Shown here: positions 38,801 through 51,907 of the stretch, one piece after another | Position numbering within the stretch: position 1 is the first letter of the stretch | How the letters are laid out: each line of letters begins with the position of its first letter | Program-made: the position numbers and the translations under genes | Assembly: GCA_044892525.1 (NCBI GenBank) | Contig: CM097885.1 | Coordinates: 264,120,001 to 264,184,000 of the forward strand | DNA from: Schmidtea polychroa | Taxonomy: Eukaryota | Length of the DNA stretch: 64,000 nucleotides | Direction: 5' to 3' | The notes under the pieces: generated by a model | Told to the model about the DNA's origin: nothing | What the model saw: only the letters and a program-made list of their open reading frames with translations | The model's database searches: none

Positions 38801-39101
38801 TAATTTTCATTTTTGAAACTAAATAAATATTCAGATGCTAAATTACGCGAAATCAGTTCAAGAAAAACAAATCAAGAAAAAAGAAATCAAACCGCAGGGC
38901 TCAAAGGTTCATTCAGCAAATATTAAAAAGGAAGTAGAAAGAAGTGCAATTCACGAGGTGAGGAGATGTATGATTTATAGTAATAAATTGCTTTATATCT
39001 AGTTGATTCACAACTCTGATCTCGATCGCCTTCTCCAAAGACACGAAGATGATAAGAAAATTGCCGATCAAATCAGAATAAAACTTGGCAAAATTTCTTA
39101 A
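25379..39101 (+). CDS. jhy: Jhy (juvenile hydrocephalus / C11orf63-like, cilia-associated) homologue, 9 exons, 775 aa
   Basis: Phase-compatible GT-AG exons: 25379-25644, 26856-27306, 30352-30454, 32472-33124, 33171-33344, 35258-35398, 35448-35765, 38835-38957, 39003-39101 (2328 nt, no internal stop). C-terminal motifs YEQYTLRDFK...GLGPN...KEKLIRQKNYSK, MLNYAKS and LLQRHEDDKK match the Jhy domain as I recall it. Two N gaps lie in introns 1 and 2. Confidence 0.8.
26229..26403. other. Assembly gap
   Basis: N run. Confidence 1.
26404..26527. repeat. Perfect 58-bp inverted repeat with 8-nt loop
   Basis: 26404-26461 is the exact reverse complement of 26470-26527; the left arm abuts the gap. Confidence 0.97.
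26748..26810 (+). repeat. (AAT)n microsatellite
   Basis: ~21 perfect units. Confidence 0.98.
30025..30275. other. Assembly gap
   Basis: N run. Confidence 1.
31246..31611 (+). mobile_element. Non-autonomous Merlin element
   Basis: ~37-bp imperfect TIRs starting GGTACTTCCG; perfect 8-bp TSD GACATTGA; retains a Merlin-like C-terminus CEFMWRKRV...DVFDTILNSIMVFWP. Confidence 0.85.
31709..32046 (+). mobile_element. hAT MITE
   Basis: TIR CAGTGGTTCTCA/TGAGAACCACTG; TSD gcttaacg/gcttaatg (7/8). Confidence 0.9.
33640..33815 (+). pseudogene. mariner transposase C-terminal relic
   Basis: LPTFSYNPDLASSGLFNHLK resembles the mariner PYSPDLAPSDY.LF motif. Confidence 0.6.
34270..34830 (+). pseudogene. Penelope-like element relic (RT C-terminus and GIY-YIG)
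   Basis: YRKTIDAGLYNSF, LLVKNGY and YIGETSRHLYIRAREH. Confidence 0.75.
36065..36340 (-). pseudogene. Ig-domain exon fragment antisense in jhy intron 7
   Basis: GESYSMKCNAILIFANTRYTWYKD; nucleotide similarity to 54215-54260, 54560-54595 and 54680-54712. Confidence 0.6.
36722..36844 (+). mobile_element. 123-bp hAT-type MITE
   Basis: CAGGGTTGCCA...TGGCAACTCTA; flanks aatagtta/aatagtag (6/8). Confidence 0.6.
37640..38040 (-). pseudogene. hAT transposase relic (ZMYM1-like subgroup)
   Basis: FDRTTEVSHKNQLTEIIRYV, EERFLGF, RDQG*DNWANMSGKY and CCEHILNLIGVD. Confidence 0.85.
38063..38391 (-). mobile_element. Second, one-end-truncated copy of the 31709 hAT MITE, inserted in the hAT relic
   Basis: Near-identical reverse complement of 31725-32046. 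Confidence 0.9.
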
Positions 39102-41032
39102 GACTTTTGTGTAGAAATCGTTTTTGGCACAATTTTGAGCACTTTGAGTTTAATAAAACAAACCTGTCATAAATTACTAAATTTTTACAGATAATCAATA
39201 TTTTTCAAAAATATTTTCAGATAACCAGTAATTTAATTAAACATTTATTAAATTAAATTAAATATATTTATTGAGATCTATTATAACTTTGTTTTAATTT
39301 TAGTAATTTTTGGAAAAACAAAAATTATTTAATTCTGATTGGTCAATGGAGTTATGAAATAACTATAAATAGAGATTTTAAATCAAGTATTTTGTGTTCT
39401 TTCATTCTAAAATCTTACTGATAGAGACAATGAAAGCTATTAAAACCACTATTTTAATGGAGAGAGTATGTTACCTAGAAGTCCACGCTCGGAGATTCCA
39501 TCAGGTAATTTGAGGATTCGAGAACTTTGCAAATTCCAGCGAGACAACGCTATAACGACATTGCAACATTCATTTTAGCGACTAACGATCATTTAGAATT
39601 AAAATCTCTGAATTACTCTACTCGTGTTCCATATCTGTATTTCTTCGTAACCTAGTATCGAAATATAGACCGTATCGGTTTATTTTATCTGAGCACGTTA
39701 CATTTAACGGGAATGTATTCTTACTTTAAATAGTCTATTTAATACATCTTCAAATTACCATTATATTCAGTGCATATTAATTTGTAATTTTTTCTGTCGT
39801 TTGTTTAGCTTAATAAAGTTATTTAAATAATCCTTTGTCATCTTAGTTGATTATTCTACATATTAATAGGGAATGAAATCGTAACCACAAGCAGTGATCA
39901 ACAACACAAATTTAGAAGCTAACCACCGACCTTCATGCAATATTTGCCTTATTAACAATTCTTACTCCCTCCACAATTTCTAAAGTCACCATATAAAAAT
40001 CACCAAAAATCAAAATGCCACTAGACTATAAAATAAATAAAACCTACCCTTTAACAAACCTCTACAACCATCATTTTCCAGTTATATTTGATGCTCCCAG
40101 CATATGCCATCCGCTATTTTACAACAGCTATGATATAATTATTAGAAATCTTTTTATTATTTAAATTATACACAAGTTACATGTGTTTTGTTTTATCCAA
40201 CTATCCAAGCCTCTCCTTTTATCCTAGGATATCTATACAAAAGACCCGCAACTTTATTAGTATATGTTCCGACCCGTTGTGGGTGACCGTCAAAATGGCC
40301 CAGAACCAACCTGCCGCCCACAAACTAAAATAAAATACATTTCAATAACTTTATTCCTACTTGTCTCATTTACGTGACAATCGTCACAGTAAGGCCTTCT
40401 TATAATGTGGTTTTTTATAGGGCGATTTGGTATAAGGGGTTTTGGAATAAGAGATGTGAGTTGGTTTACAGGGTTTCAATATTATGGACAATTTAACAGT
40501 CTTTTGTTCTCCAAATGATTTTTCATTAGTTTTATTTATAAGAAAATTTCCTTTTTAAGGGGTATAAAAATAATTCATTTTGACTTCTTATAATTGTTGA
40601 GAATGTCAAAAATAATAAAATAAAATAATTATTAAATAATTGGGAGTAAAAAGGCGAAATGAAAAGAGAACATTGTTATTGATCACAGGAAGTGGAATTT
40701 GAAGCAAGAATTTGAAAAGAGGTAAACAAATATTTTTTGAAGTGCAGCTAGCCACACAAGGTGGATGTTTATTCAAATTGTCATTACCTCTGACAGAGGT
40801 AACTTGATAAGGGAAGATGCTGCTAAGAAAGAAATTGAAAACCGACATAATGCGGAACTATTTATAGAAACGAAGAGAAGGGAAAAATAGTTCAAAAAAT
40901 TATAAGAAGGGGTTCAAATTTATCTAATACAGAGCTGATCAAAAGTCAATATCTGGCCTCATGTTGCAATAATATCGAATTGCAAAATATCATTTTAATC
41001 TTTGTAATAAAAAATCTTAAAATGATCATTAA

Positions 41033-41216
41033 CCCCTTAAGGCACATGCCCGAGAGAGACTCGGGTATACGAAATATAAAGTTTTGTTTAAGATTCACTA
41101 ACGACTATATCTCAAGCAGTGTAATAAATTTATTAAAAAAAGATCTATATATTAATTATCAGGAATAAAAAAAAAGATTTATTTTTGCCGTTGTACAACC
41201 CTCGTGCGTTAAGGGG
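41033..41216. mobile_element. piggyBac-type MITE
   Basis: TTAA|CCCCTTAAGGCAC...GTGCGTTAAGGGG|TTAA. Confidence 0.9.
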
Positions 41217-41615
41217 TTAAAATCTCACAAACTAAAACCTATAAATTTAATCAAATTATCTCCTATGAAAATATCGAATATAGGATAAAGGGTAGGTAAA
41301 AAATGATTTGGAAATACTGAATGAACTTCATGACTTTTTGGATGATTTTATAATGGTTGCAGTAAAGAAGTGCGTATCAAAACGAGGAAAATTATTGTTG
41401 ACACATTGTCCAAAGCAGAATTATGTAGTGCACTAGCGATAACTGAAAATATGTCTATCGCTAGGTGTGCAAGCTGTCAATATTTATGGAATTAAAAGAT
41501 TAAAGCAAAATCATATTTTCAAATCAACGAAGAGTTTGGATACAAATTATCACAAGCTACAAGACTGCAGAAAATTTAAAGAAAAGAATGAACTTCAGGT
41601 TGTGTAATAACCAAC

Positions 41616-42569
41616 TGTTGGGTTATTGGTTTGGTGACAATGTTTGTAAATTCAAAATTTTACTCTGACTCCAAAGCGTGTTTATTAATTCACAAATTAA
41701 CACTCGAACACAATAAGCTTTATTAATATCTACACGGAATAGTACAAACTTCAATTACAACCCAAGAACTATAAACCAATTTATCACACAGAACTTATTT
41801 TGACACTACGTGAAGAATAGCCCTTTCTATAACCACAATAATAATCACTAGCCATCAATCACTCAATTACAGGGTACGTTGATCGATTGTTCTATTTGCT
41901 TTGACCACAAATTTCTTTACTCCACTTCCACTTTATATTCAATTTTACAAAAGATTCTCGTCACTTCTCGTTTCACTCTATTCTGAACTCTGTTTAATTC
42001 TCTCTTTAATTGTTCCTTTAAATTCTCCCTTTGATTCTCTTCTTAACTGTCTAAATTTAAATCTCCTTTTAACTCTAGTTTTTCTTCTTTCGTTGTCCAG
42101 TTTTTCTCTATTTTTTTGTCTGATTTCTTGGTTAACAGTTCCGCTTTATATAGGGCGTTTCATTTGTGGCACTAGCGACAGATTTTCTTTTTTCATTTTC
42201 ATTTCCCTCTGTATTCCCCGCTACGTCAGTCTTATATATGACAGATATTGTGATATGCTCTGTTTTTCCCCTTTCAGGTTTTGTCGACTTTTCCTGCCAT
42301 TTCGCTATCTGTCAAGATACGGCTTTTCACATATTTTTGTTTTTCTGCAATCTGAAATTCCTCCTTCGTTTGTACTTTTTAATTAACATTGACTTTTGTT
42401 TTAATTTTTTTTTGTTTTGTTTTCTTTGATTTATCTTTCTCATTTTTCATTTCTTTTTACTTCCGTTTTCTTTTCTGAGTTTCCATAAATCGTCCCATTT
42501 GTCATGACGACCTTCCCCCAGGTAATTTTCTTAGTTATTATGCTATTTATCATTTAAGTATCCTCACCA
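41616..42569 (-). mobile_element. Solo LTR, same family as 23914-24920
   Basis: TGGTGAGGATAC...ATAACCCAACA on the minus strand; perfect 4-bp TSD caac. Confidence 0.8.
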
Positions 42570-44446
42570 CAACTGAAAATGATTAGAGGAGCTTCAAAGC
42601 CAAATTTCCGTAAAAGTATATAAATTTCGGGTTATTAATCGATACCGGATAAAGATAAACCAAGTTGCATCGGTCAAACAGTTTTGGAGTTATGTAAACT
42701 GCAAATGTATGATCTTTGGCTAATTATCGAAATCAATTAAATTGCATTATCAACATTGTTGCGAGTGACAAAGAATCCTTAATAGACTCTGATAGGATAA
42801 TTAAATGAAAAAAATTGTGGTATTTTTTATAAAGATTGGATATTTCTGCGACCAAAATGTTATAGTTTTTGATTCTCCTATTTTTGAGTTGTTTCGATAT
42901 TCAATTGCGATGGTGCAGCCTCCATTATTCGAGCGTGATTATTGATTTGTTCTTAACGTATCCATTGACTAAGTGTTCTGTGATCGGAGGACTAGTTGGA
43001 GTATCAGCAGCAGCTTTGCAAAATTTAGCATTTGTAATGTGCATCCGATATAGAGGAGACATTTCGTGCATACACTAATTTTTCCAATTCCAGAGTTTTG
43101 AGGACATGGAGAGTAGTAGGATTGGAGCTCCCCCGGCCACATACACCCCCTCCCCCCCGGAAAAAAAATTTTTAGAACGATGCCACATATTTTTAGAACT
43201 ATTACGTGATCGATGCCTAATATTTTTAGAACTATTACGTAATCGATGCCACATACTTTTAGAACGATGCCACATATTTTTAGAACTATTACATAATCGA
43301 TGCCACATATTTTTAGAACGATGCCATATTATTAGTGGCCCAGCGGGCTCACACTTTTTTTCATCCCAAAGGTTAATGTTCCCGCCATCAGATTTTATTG
43401 GACGATACCTCATCTTAAAGCCCAGTGCAGGACCTTTAAGATGTGCTATAGGTATTTTATATATCTTTAATAGTTTTAATGTTATTAACTTTTAATGACC
43501 ACCATCTTTTCAAAGTTAAATTATTATTATTTGTCAAAATATTATTAATTGGCCCAGCGGGCAAACACTTTTATTCATCCCAAAGATTAATGTTCCCGCC
43601 AACATATTATATTGATCGATAGCTTATTTTAAAGCTCTGTGCAAGACCTTTCTAATGAGATATAGATTTTTATCATACGATGACTCATCACATTTTTAGA
43701 ACAAAGACAATGACTCATCATATTTTTAAATCGATGCCTAATATTTTTAGAACGATGCCTAATATTTTTAGAATGATGCATAATATTTTTAGAATGGTGC
43801 CTCTTATTTTTAGAATGATTACGTCATAATTTTAGAATGATGCATAATATTTTTAGAATGGTGCCTCTTATTTTTAGAATGATTACGTCATAATTTTAGA
43901 ACGATGTCTAATATTTTAGAATGTTACCTAATATTTTTTAGAATGATTACGTCATAATTTTAGAACGTTGCCTAATATAATTAGAACGATTACGTCATAA
44001 TTTTAGAACGATGTCTAATATTTTAGAATGTTGCCTAATATTTTTTAGAATGATTACGTCATATTTTTTAGAACGATGCCTCTTATTTTTAGAACTAATA
44101 ATTTTGTTTCAATTATCGATTACATAATAATTTAATTTTGTTTAAATCGTTGATTATATAATTTTGTTTAAATCATTGATTACATATTATTATTTTTTAA
44201 TTTTCAATATTTTCTTTTAAAATATTAACGCACGCGTGGAAGTTGTTATTATTATATATAATCTATCCGACAAGATATTCTGTCCCCCTATGGGTAATGG
44301 TCACAAAGGTACTGCTAAAACTTTAACATATTATTACACACAATGTAGAAAAAATATTATTAGTGTCCACACATGCTACAAGTTAGTATTCCCATCGATA
44401 GCTCATCTTAAAGTCTAGTGTAAGATCTATCTAATGATATATTATT

Positions 44447-44610
44447 NNNNNNNNNNNNNNNNNNNNNNNNNNNNNNNNNNNNNNNNNNNNNNNNNNNNNN
44501 NNNNNNNNNNNNNNNNNNNNNNNNNNNNNNNNNNNNNNNNNNNNNNNNNNNNNNNNNNNNNNNNNNNNNNNNNNNNNNNNNNNNNNNNNNNNNNNNNNNN
44601 NNNNNNNNNN
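44447..44610. other. Assembly gap (inside the left arm of the Polinton-type element)
   Basis: N run. Confidence 1.
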
Positions 44611-44872
44611 CTGCGCGAAAGATGTTATTATTATTATGATTATTATGATTATTATTATATAATCCGAGTTTATCCGACAAGATATTCTGTCCCCACACAC
44701 ACATTCTATATACACATACCTTATTATTTTAAAGTAACACGCGCGGGAGTTATTATTATTAACAAAATATCTAAAATATGGTTTACACTAACACAACCCA
44801 TTAACAATTATTATTATCTATATTAGTGAAAACCTAAAATATTTTTACACACACAACCCATTAATAATAATA

Positions 44873-44907
<35 letters not shown>

Positions 44908-45261
44908 GCGCACGGGAATATTATTATCATATATACTCATAGTCTATCCGACAAAATATTCTATCCCCCTCTATGGGTATTGCTCATATGGGTAATGGTC
45001 AAAAGTGTACTACTCACATTCAACATGTCTCAAAGGGTATAATATAATTATTATTAAATTCTGACCAACTTAAATCAATGAAGGGGTAGAACAAAAATAT
45101 ATTACGTTGCGGTATTTTAAATTTAAAAATATTTTAAAAACTTATTTTGACACTAAAGTTTAGTTAATTAACAAAGACATAATTATTGCACATACTTTGC
45201 ATAAATATTATTATTTTTTAAATTTTCAATATTTTCTTTTAAAGTATTAACATGCGCGGGA

Positions 45262-45323
<62 letters not shown>

Positions 45324-46632
45324 TATTATCAATATTATTATTATCAATATTAGTGAAAAACCTAAAATATTTTTACACACATATACAACCCATTAAACTT
45401 TATTAATATTATTATTATTATTATTATAATTATTATTATTATTATTAGTGAAAAAACCTTAAATAATTTTTACATACTAAGTTATGGGGTAGAGTATTAT
45501 TATGTTTGCAGTATTCTGTGTTTGCCTTTACAGGAAGTTGTCAATAAGGAGCGATAATTTTACACTAACATTCTATATACACATACCTTGTTTAACATGG
45601 GTGTATATATTCCTAGTTTATCCGACAAAATATTCTGTCCCCCTATGGGTATTGGTCGTAATGGTACTACTCACACTCAAATGTTTTCGATTTTAAAGCA
45701 CATTATGGTTTATTAAGGTTATTAAATAAAACTTATCACACACACTATTTTTAATAATATTTAAACGATAAAAATCAAGACAAGAGAGGACAAGGCAAAG
45801 TGTATGCATTTAGTATTGCCAGGCCTAATGAGCAGTGACCAAATATCTGTGCCTGAAAGACACGGTGGATATTTGTTCGCGTCCACAAGGGTCGTCTGTG
45901 CCTTCCCCAAGTGGGGTCAGAAGAACCTGGGCATTATAGCTTTCCGTATGGAACATTACGCCTAGCATGGGTAGTCAACTACCAGCACATTCGAAACGTA
46001 TAATTTCAAAATACATGCGTCATTGGCACTATAACCAAATTAATTAATGTTTTCACTAACACAAATATATATTTACAGAGGCCTCCCACTAGTTGGATTA
46101 CAACCGCCCACCACGACGATCAGCTTGTAAATATATATTAATTAAGGAATAAAGAGGACCCACCCAACTCTACTATATTTAATTTACAAATTTTTCTCGC
46201 TCTTCTGTTGGTAATCTATCTCAAAAAAAAAAAATCTATCTCACCATTTTGTCTGATTCATTTTCTTCATAATCATATAATTCATTTTCTTCATAATCAT
46301 ATAATTCATTTTCTTCATTACTAAGTAAAATAATTAAAATATTGTAGTAAATTCTTTATTTACTTACTTTATGGATACTAAAACGAAAGAAATAAAGTTA
46401 TATCAAAATTATATTTAAATAATCTAAATTTAAATAATTTAAATTTAGTATTTAAACATATTTAAACACTTTAGTTATTTAAGCATATTTAAACATTATT
46501 ATATAGTATAACTTTATAAAATATTATAATATTATAATTTTATGTATTCTAAATTTATTAATAAATATAGTATAATTTTATATAATATTATGTATTGTAA
46601 ATTTAATATATCCTTCATTTAATTTTTTAAAT

Positions 46633-47064
46633 TCAAAAATTTATAATGAAGATTCTTTGAATTAAAAAATATTCTGTTAGTATTTCCAGGTAGAAATCAA
46701 CGAATTCAATAATTAAAATCTTAATTTTCATGTTGTTAGGGTTGTGGCCAAAAGTTAATCGCCATCTAATCGTTTGTTCAGTTATCAGCCTGTTCTCAAT
46801 TTTGCTCATTTTGTTCAAAACATTCAGGTGAGTTGTTATCTGGAAAGTTTCTTTGAGCTCAGTTTTGTTAAAACACTCACGGTATTTTCGAGGGACGTGA
46901 CACTGGAAATAAATTAACAATGGGTGGTCATCCATACATGTTGTTAGTCTGAGCTCTCGATTTATTTTAGAAATAGGTATATTAAAAACATTTAAGTTAT
47001 CATTCAGTAAAATAATATAATATTTTTGAGTTAATTTATAAATAACAGTATTTTGATATATCAA
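46633..47064 (-). CDS. 143-codon hypothetical ORF, left-arm copy (TTG start, no in-frame ATG upstream)
   Basis: Longest open frame in the element; identical translation in both arms; no recognised domain. Confidence 0.35.
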   Translation of the reverse strand: MIYQNTVIYKLTQKYYIILLNDNLNVFNIPISKINRELRLTTCMDDHPLLIYFQCHVPRKYRECFNKTELKETFQITTHLNVLNKMSKIENRLITEQTIRWRLTFGHNPNNMKIKILIIEFVDFYLEILTEYFLIQRIFIINF

Positions 47065-50000
47065 TAAAGACCATATACTCCGAGTTTATCCGACAAAATA
47101 TTCTGTCCCCCTATGGGTATTGCTAGCAAGGGTACTGGTCACATTCAACATATCGCAAGGGTATATTAATCAGTTAGAAATTCTTAGGTAATTTAGTGAG
47201 ATGATCACAAATTCGTGAATATTTTAAATGTAACTTTACACTTTTGTCGAGCGACTAATTTATTGGTTAATATTTTAGACATTTAAAGCAAAAGGTAATT
47301 TATTCATCTAATGTTCGTTACAATAGTTAATAATATGAGAAAAACATGGTCATTATTCATTGATAATTTTAAATTCTTTATCATTTGGAGTAAATTTGTT
47401 CGAGGCAAAAATATTTAAAGGAGTCATAATAGAAATATGGTTATCATTTAACCAAATAAGGTGCTTATTAGTTAAAAATACATGTTCATATAGGGTTACA
47501 ATTCTTTTCTAATTTAATTAAATGATCATTAGGCGTAATATATCTTTTCGAGAAATTTAAGATGTTTGAGTAACCAAAACATGGATATTTTGTGCGATAA
47601 ATTTATGAATATTGGTTAATTTTGTTATTTTTAGTCATTTAAAATAATATTTAGCAAAGGTAATTTAGCAAAATATCATTTATCCACCCGATAACAATAT
47701 CCCTTCAATAGATTAACTGATATTCAACCTATTTAATTTCTAATTAAAATCATAAATTTCCTTCAATAAAGTTAAAATTTCTTTAGTTGTCGATGTCCAA
47801 CTCTTTTAAGTCTATATTTTTGTTACCGTTATCTTCATAATGAATGTCCGTCTTTAACATGTTAAATAAAATAATTTAAAGCAATAACCTTTGATATCAA
47901 TTATCTCTAAATATTTCATTGGCAAGACCAAGTAAATTAGTCATTAACCCTAAACACTTTGATAAAATCCTGGATAATTAATAGACTATTTCCCTTGAAA
48001 CATTTCCAATAAGAACATCACCCATTTAAATATTCAAAACATTTCCACCCTAACCGATCCCTCACCAAATATTTCTACCCCTTTAAACATTCAACCGACT
48101 ATATACTATATATTCCCAACTTAACCGAACCCTCACTAAATCCAACCGACTATATCTCTTAATTTCAACCACTTGAGCCCTTTAATATATTTTAAAATCT
48201 ATAGAAAATTCTTCAAAATATGAATTTTATTTAATTGTTACAGACATTTTTCCATTGAAATAATTTAGTAGCTAAATTCAAAGAGTCCACTTAAAGATCA
48301 AAATTCATTAAAATAAATATTTAACCACGTGTATCATCAAATACCTAACTAGAGATGATAATATCTCATTGATTGATCATAATTATAACCATTATAACAT
48401 GATATATCTTTCAAACTAAATCACAAATTTCAGTATATTTTACAATAATTTTCAAGTAGATTTCAAATATATCATCATCGTGATAAAATTAGCTGGTTTC
48501 AACTTTAGATTTTCAATATTTTAAAGTTCATCAATGTGTAAATATTCTTAGAAAAATATATGAAAAAATTATTTAGTCAAATTATCATTACAAAGTCATC
48601 ATCATCATCAAAATTAATAAAATATAGCAAATTATCAAGAAATTAACTAAATTTGTCTTAGAATTAACAATAAACCTTAAATATTCTTTCAATTAACATG
48701 AAATTCACAAAAACAATGTTAGTAAAATCCCGCTAACGCTAAAAATTACCAATGAATTTAATGCCAAATAATAACCAAAAATTTGCCTAAATAAAACACA
48801 CCAGTACCTTTACGACCAATACCCATCAAATTGAATCAGTCAAATTATCACAAATTTTAATAAAAAATCTTATTCTAAAGTGGTAAGCAGCGTAGAATCG
48901 AAAGATAATTTTAATAACACAGAGATAAAATTAACAATATTATTCTCAGGTGGTAAGAATATTTTATTTTTGAGTCTGTTATCCCTCTATTATATACCGA
49001 GAAGTGTCATAAGATGGAAATATATTAATTGCATTTATTTAATATTATTTCATGAAATTCATAAAAATTTATAAAAATGATCACTTTAATAAAAAAAAAT
49101 ATTTAATTCAATGTTCAAAGAAATAGTTGTTGGGAGGATTAGTGGAAAATGGGGGGGGGCTATAAGTGATGAGGATTTATAAATTATTTCTAATATATGA
49201 GTGACTAACGAATTAAAATATTTTAATAATGTGATAAACATTTATTTTGATAAAGTATTTAATCCAAAAATGACAAACATACATAACAAATGGTATTCGA
49301 CTAAGCAAATATGATAACTTTATATTTTAAATTTTGATTAACTCCTTTAATATTGAATTAATAATTATGATATTTGCTATTTTACATTAAATATTTCAAA
49401 AACAGATATTCTAAAAGATAATTTAAGATACATTACTCTTTTTAATCAAAATGATCTCTCAAAGTTAAGAAGGAAACAAAGTGTGTCAGAACACATACCC
49501 AGAATTAACTTTACTTAAATTTATGAAAACATCAAGTAAGCAATGATAATAGAGGGATAACAGACTCAAAAATAAAATATTCTTACCACCTGAGAATAAT
49601 ATTGTTAATTTTATCTCTGTGTTATTAAAATTATCTTTCGATTCTACGCTGCTTACCACTTTAGAATAAGATTTTTTATTAAAATTTGTGATAATTTGAC
49701 TGATTCAATTTGATGGGTATTGGTCGTAAAGGTACTGGTGTGTTTTATTTAGGCAAATTTTTGGTTATTATTTGGCATTAAATTCATTGGTAATTTTTAG
49801 CGTTAGCGGGATTTTACTAACATTGTTTTTGTGAATTTCATGTTAATTGAAAGAATATTTAAGGTTTTATTGTTAATTCTAAGACAAATTTAGTTAATTT
49901 CTTGATAATTTGCTATATTTTATTAATTTTGATGATGATGATGACTTTGTAATGATAATTTGACTAAATAATTTTTTCATATATTTTTCTAAGAATATTT

Positions 50001-51475
50001 ACACATTGATGAACTTTGAAATATTGAAAATCTAAAGTTGAAACCAGCTAATTTTATCACGATGATGATATATTTGAAATCTACTTGAAAATTATTGTAA
50101 AATATACTGAAATTTGTGATTTAGTTTGAAAGATATATCATGTTATAATGGTTATAATTATGATCAATCAATGAGATATTATCATCTCTAGTTAGGTATT
50201 TGATGATACATGTGGTTAAATATTTATTTTAATGAATTTTGATCTTTAAGTGGACTCTTTGAATTTAGCTACTAAATTATTTCAATGGAAAAATGTCTGT
50301 AACAATTAAATAAAATTCATATTTTGAAGAATTTTCTATAGATTTTAAAATATATTAAAGGGCTCAAGTGGGTGAAATTAAGAGATATAGTCGGTTGGAT
50401 TTAGTGAGGGTTCGGTTAAGTTGGGAATATATAGTATATAGTCGGTTGAATGTTTAAAGGGGTAGAAATATTTGGTGAGGGATCGGTTAGGGTGGAAATG
50501 TTTTGAATATTTAAATGGGTGATGTTCTTATTGGAAATGTTTCAAGGGAAATAGTCTATTAATTATCCAGGATTTTATCAAAGTGTTTAGGGTTAATGAC
50601 TAATTTACTTGGTTTTGTCAATGAAATATTTAGAGATAATTGATATCAAAGGTTATTGCTTTAAATTATTTTATTTAACATGTTAAAGACGGACATTCAT
50701 TATGAAGATAACGGTAACAAAAATATAGACTTAAAAGAGTTGGACATCGACAACTAAAGAAATTTTAACTTTATTGAAGGAAATTTATGATTTTAATTAG
50801 AAATTAAATAGGTTGAATATCAGTTAATCTATTGAAGGGATATTGTTATCGGGTGGATAAATGATATTTTGCTAAATTACCTTTGCTAAATATTATTTTA
50901 AATGACTAAAAATAACAAAATTAACCAATATTCATAAATTTATCGCACAAAATATCCATGTTTTGGTTACTCAAACATCTTAAATTTCTCGAAAAGATAT
51001 ATTACGCCTAATGATCATTTAATTAAATTAGAAAAGAATTGTAACCCTATATGAACATGTATTTTTAACTAATAAGCACCTTATTTGGTTAAATGATAAC
51101 CATATTTCTATTATGACTCCTTTAAATATTTTTGCCTCGAACAAATTTACTCCAAATGATAAAGAATTTAAAATTATCAATGAATAATGACCATGTTTTT
51201 CTCATATTATTAACTATTGTAACGAACATTAGATGAATAAATTACCTTTTGCTTTAAATGTCTAAAATATTAACCAATAAATTAGTCGCTCGACAAAAGT
51301 GTAAAGTTACATTTAAAATATTCACGAATTTGTGATCATCTCACTAAATTACCTAAGAATTTCTAACTGATTAATATACCCTTGCGATATGTTGAATGTG
51401 ACCAGTACCCTTGCTAGCAATACCCATAGGGGGACAGAATATTTTGTCGGATAAACTCGGAGTATATGGTCTTTA

Positions 51476-51907
51476 TTGATATATCAAAATACTGTTATTT
51501 ATAAATTAACTCAAAAATATTATATTATTTTACTGAATGATAACTTAAATGTTTTTAATATACCTATTTCTAAAATAAATCGAGAGCTCAGACTAACAAC
51601 ATGTATGGATGACCACCCATTGTTAATTTATTTCCAGTGTCACGTCCCTCGAAAATACCGTGAGTGTTTTAACAAAACTGAGCTCAAAGAAACTTTCCAG
51701 ATAACAACTCACCTGAATGTTTTGAACAAAATGAGCAAAATTGAGAACAGGCTGATAACTGAACAAACGATTAGATGGCGATTAACTTTTGGCCACAACC
51801 CTAACAACATGAAAATTAAGATTTTAATTATTGAATTCGTTGATTTCTACCTGGAAATACTAACAGAATATTTTTTAATTCAAAGAATCTTCATTATAAA
51901 TTTTTGA
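51476..51907 (+). CDS. 143-codon hypothetical ORF, right-arm copy
   Basis: Mirror of 46633..47064. Confidence 0.35.
   Translation: MIYQNTVIYKLTQKYYIILLNDNLNVFNIPISKINRELRLTTCMDDHPLLIYFQCHVPRKYRECFNKTELKETFQITTHLNVLNKMSKIENRLITEQTIRWRLTFGHNPNNMKIKILIIEFVDFYLEILTEYFLIQRIFIINF

Noticed and set aside
39330-39510. CCAAT/TATA followed by a short exon-like segment downstream of jhy
   Set aside because: No downstream exons or recognisable product.
43075-43495. 112- and 129-aa repetitive ORFs
   Set aside because: Translations of the Polinton TIR tandem repeats.
26187-44826. ORFs containing X runs or poly-I/N
   Set aside because: Artefacts of N gaps and (AAT)n tracts.
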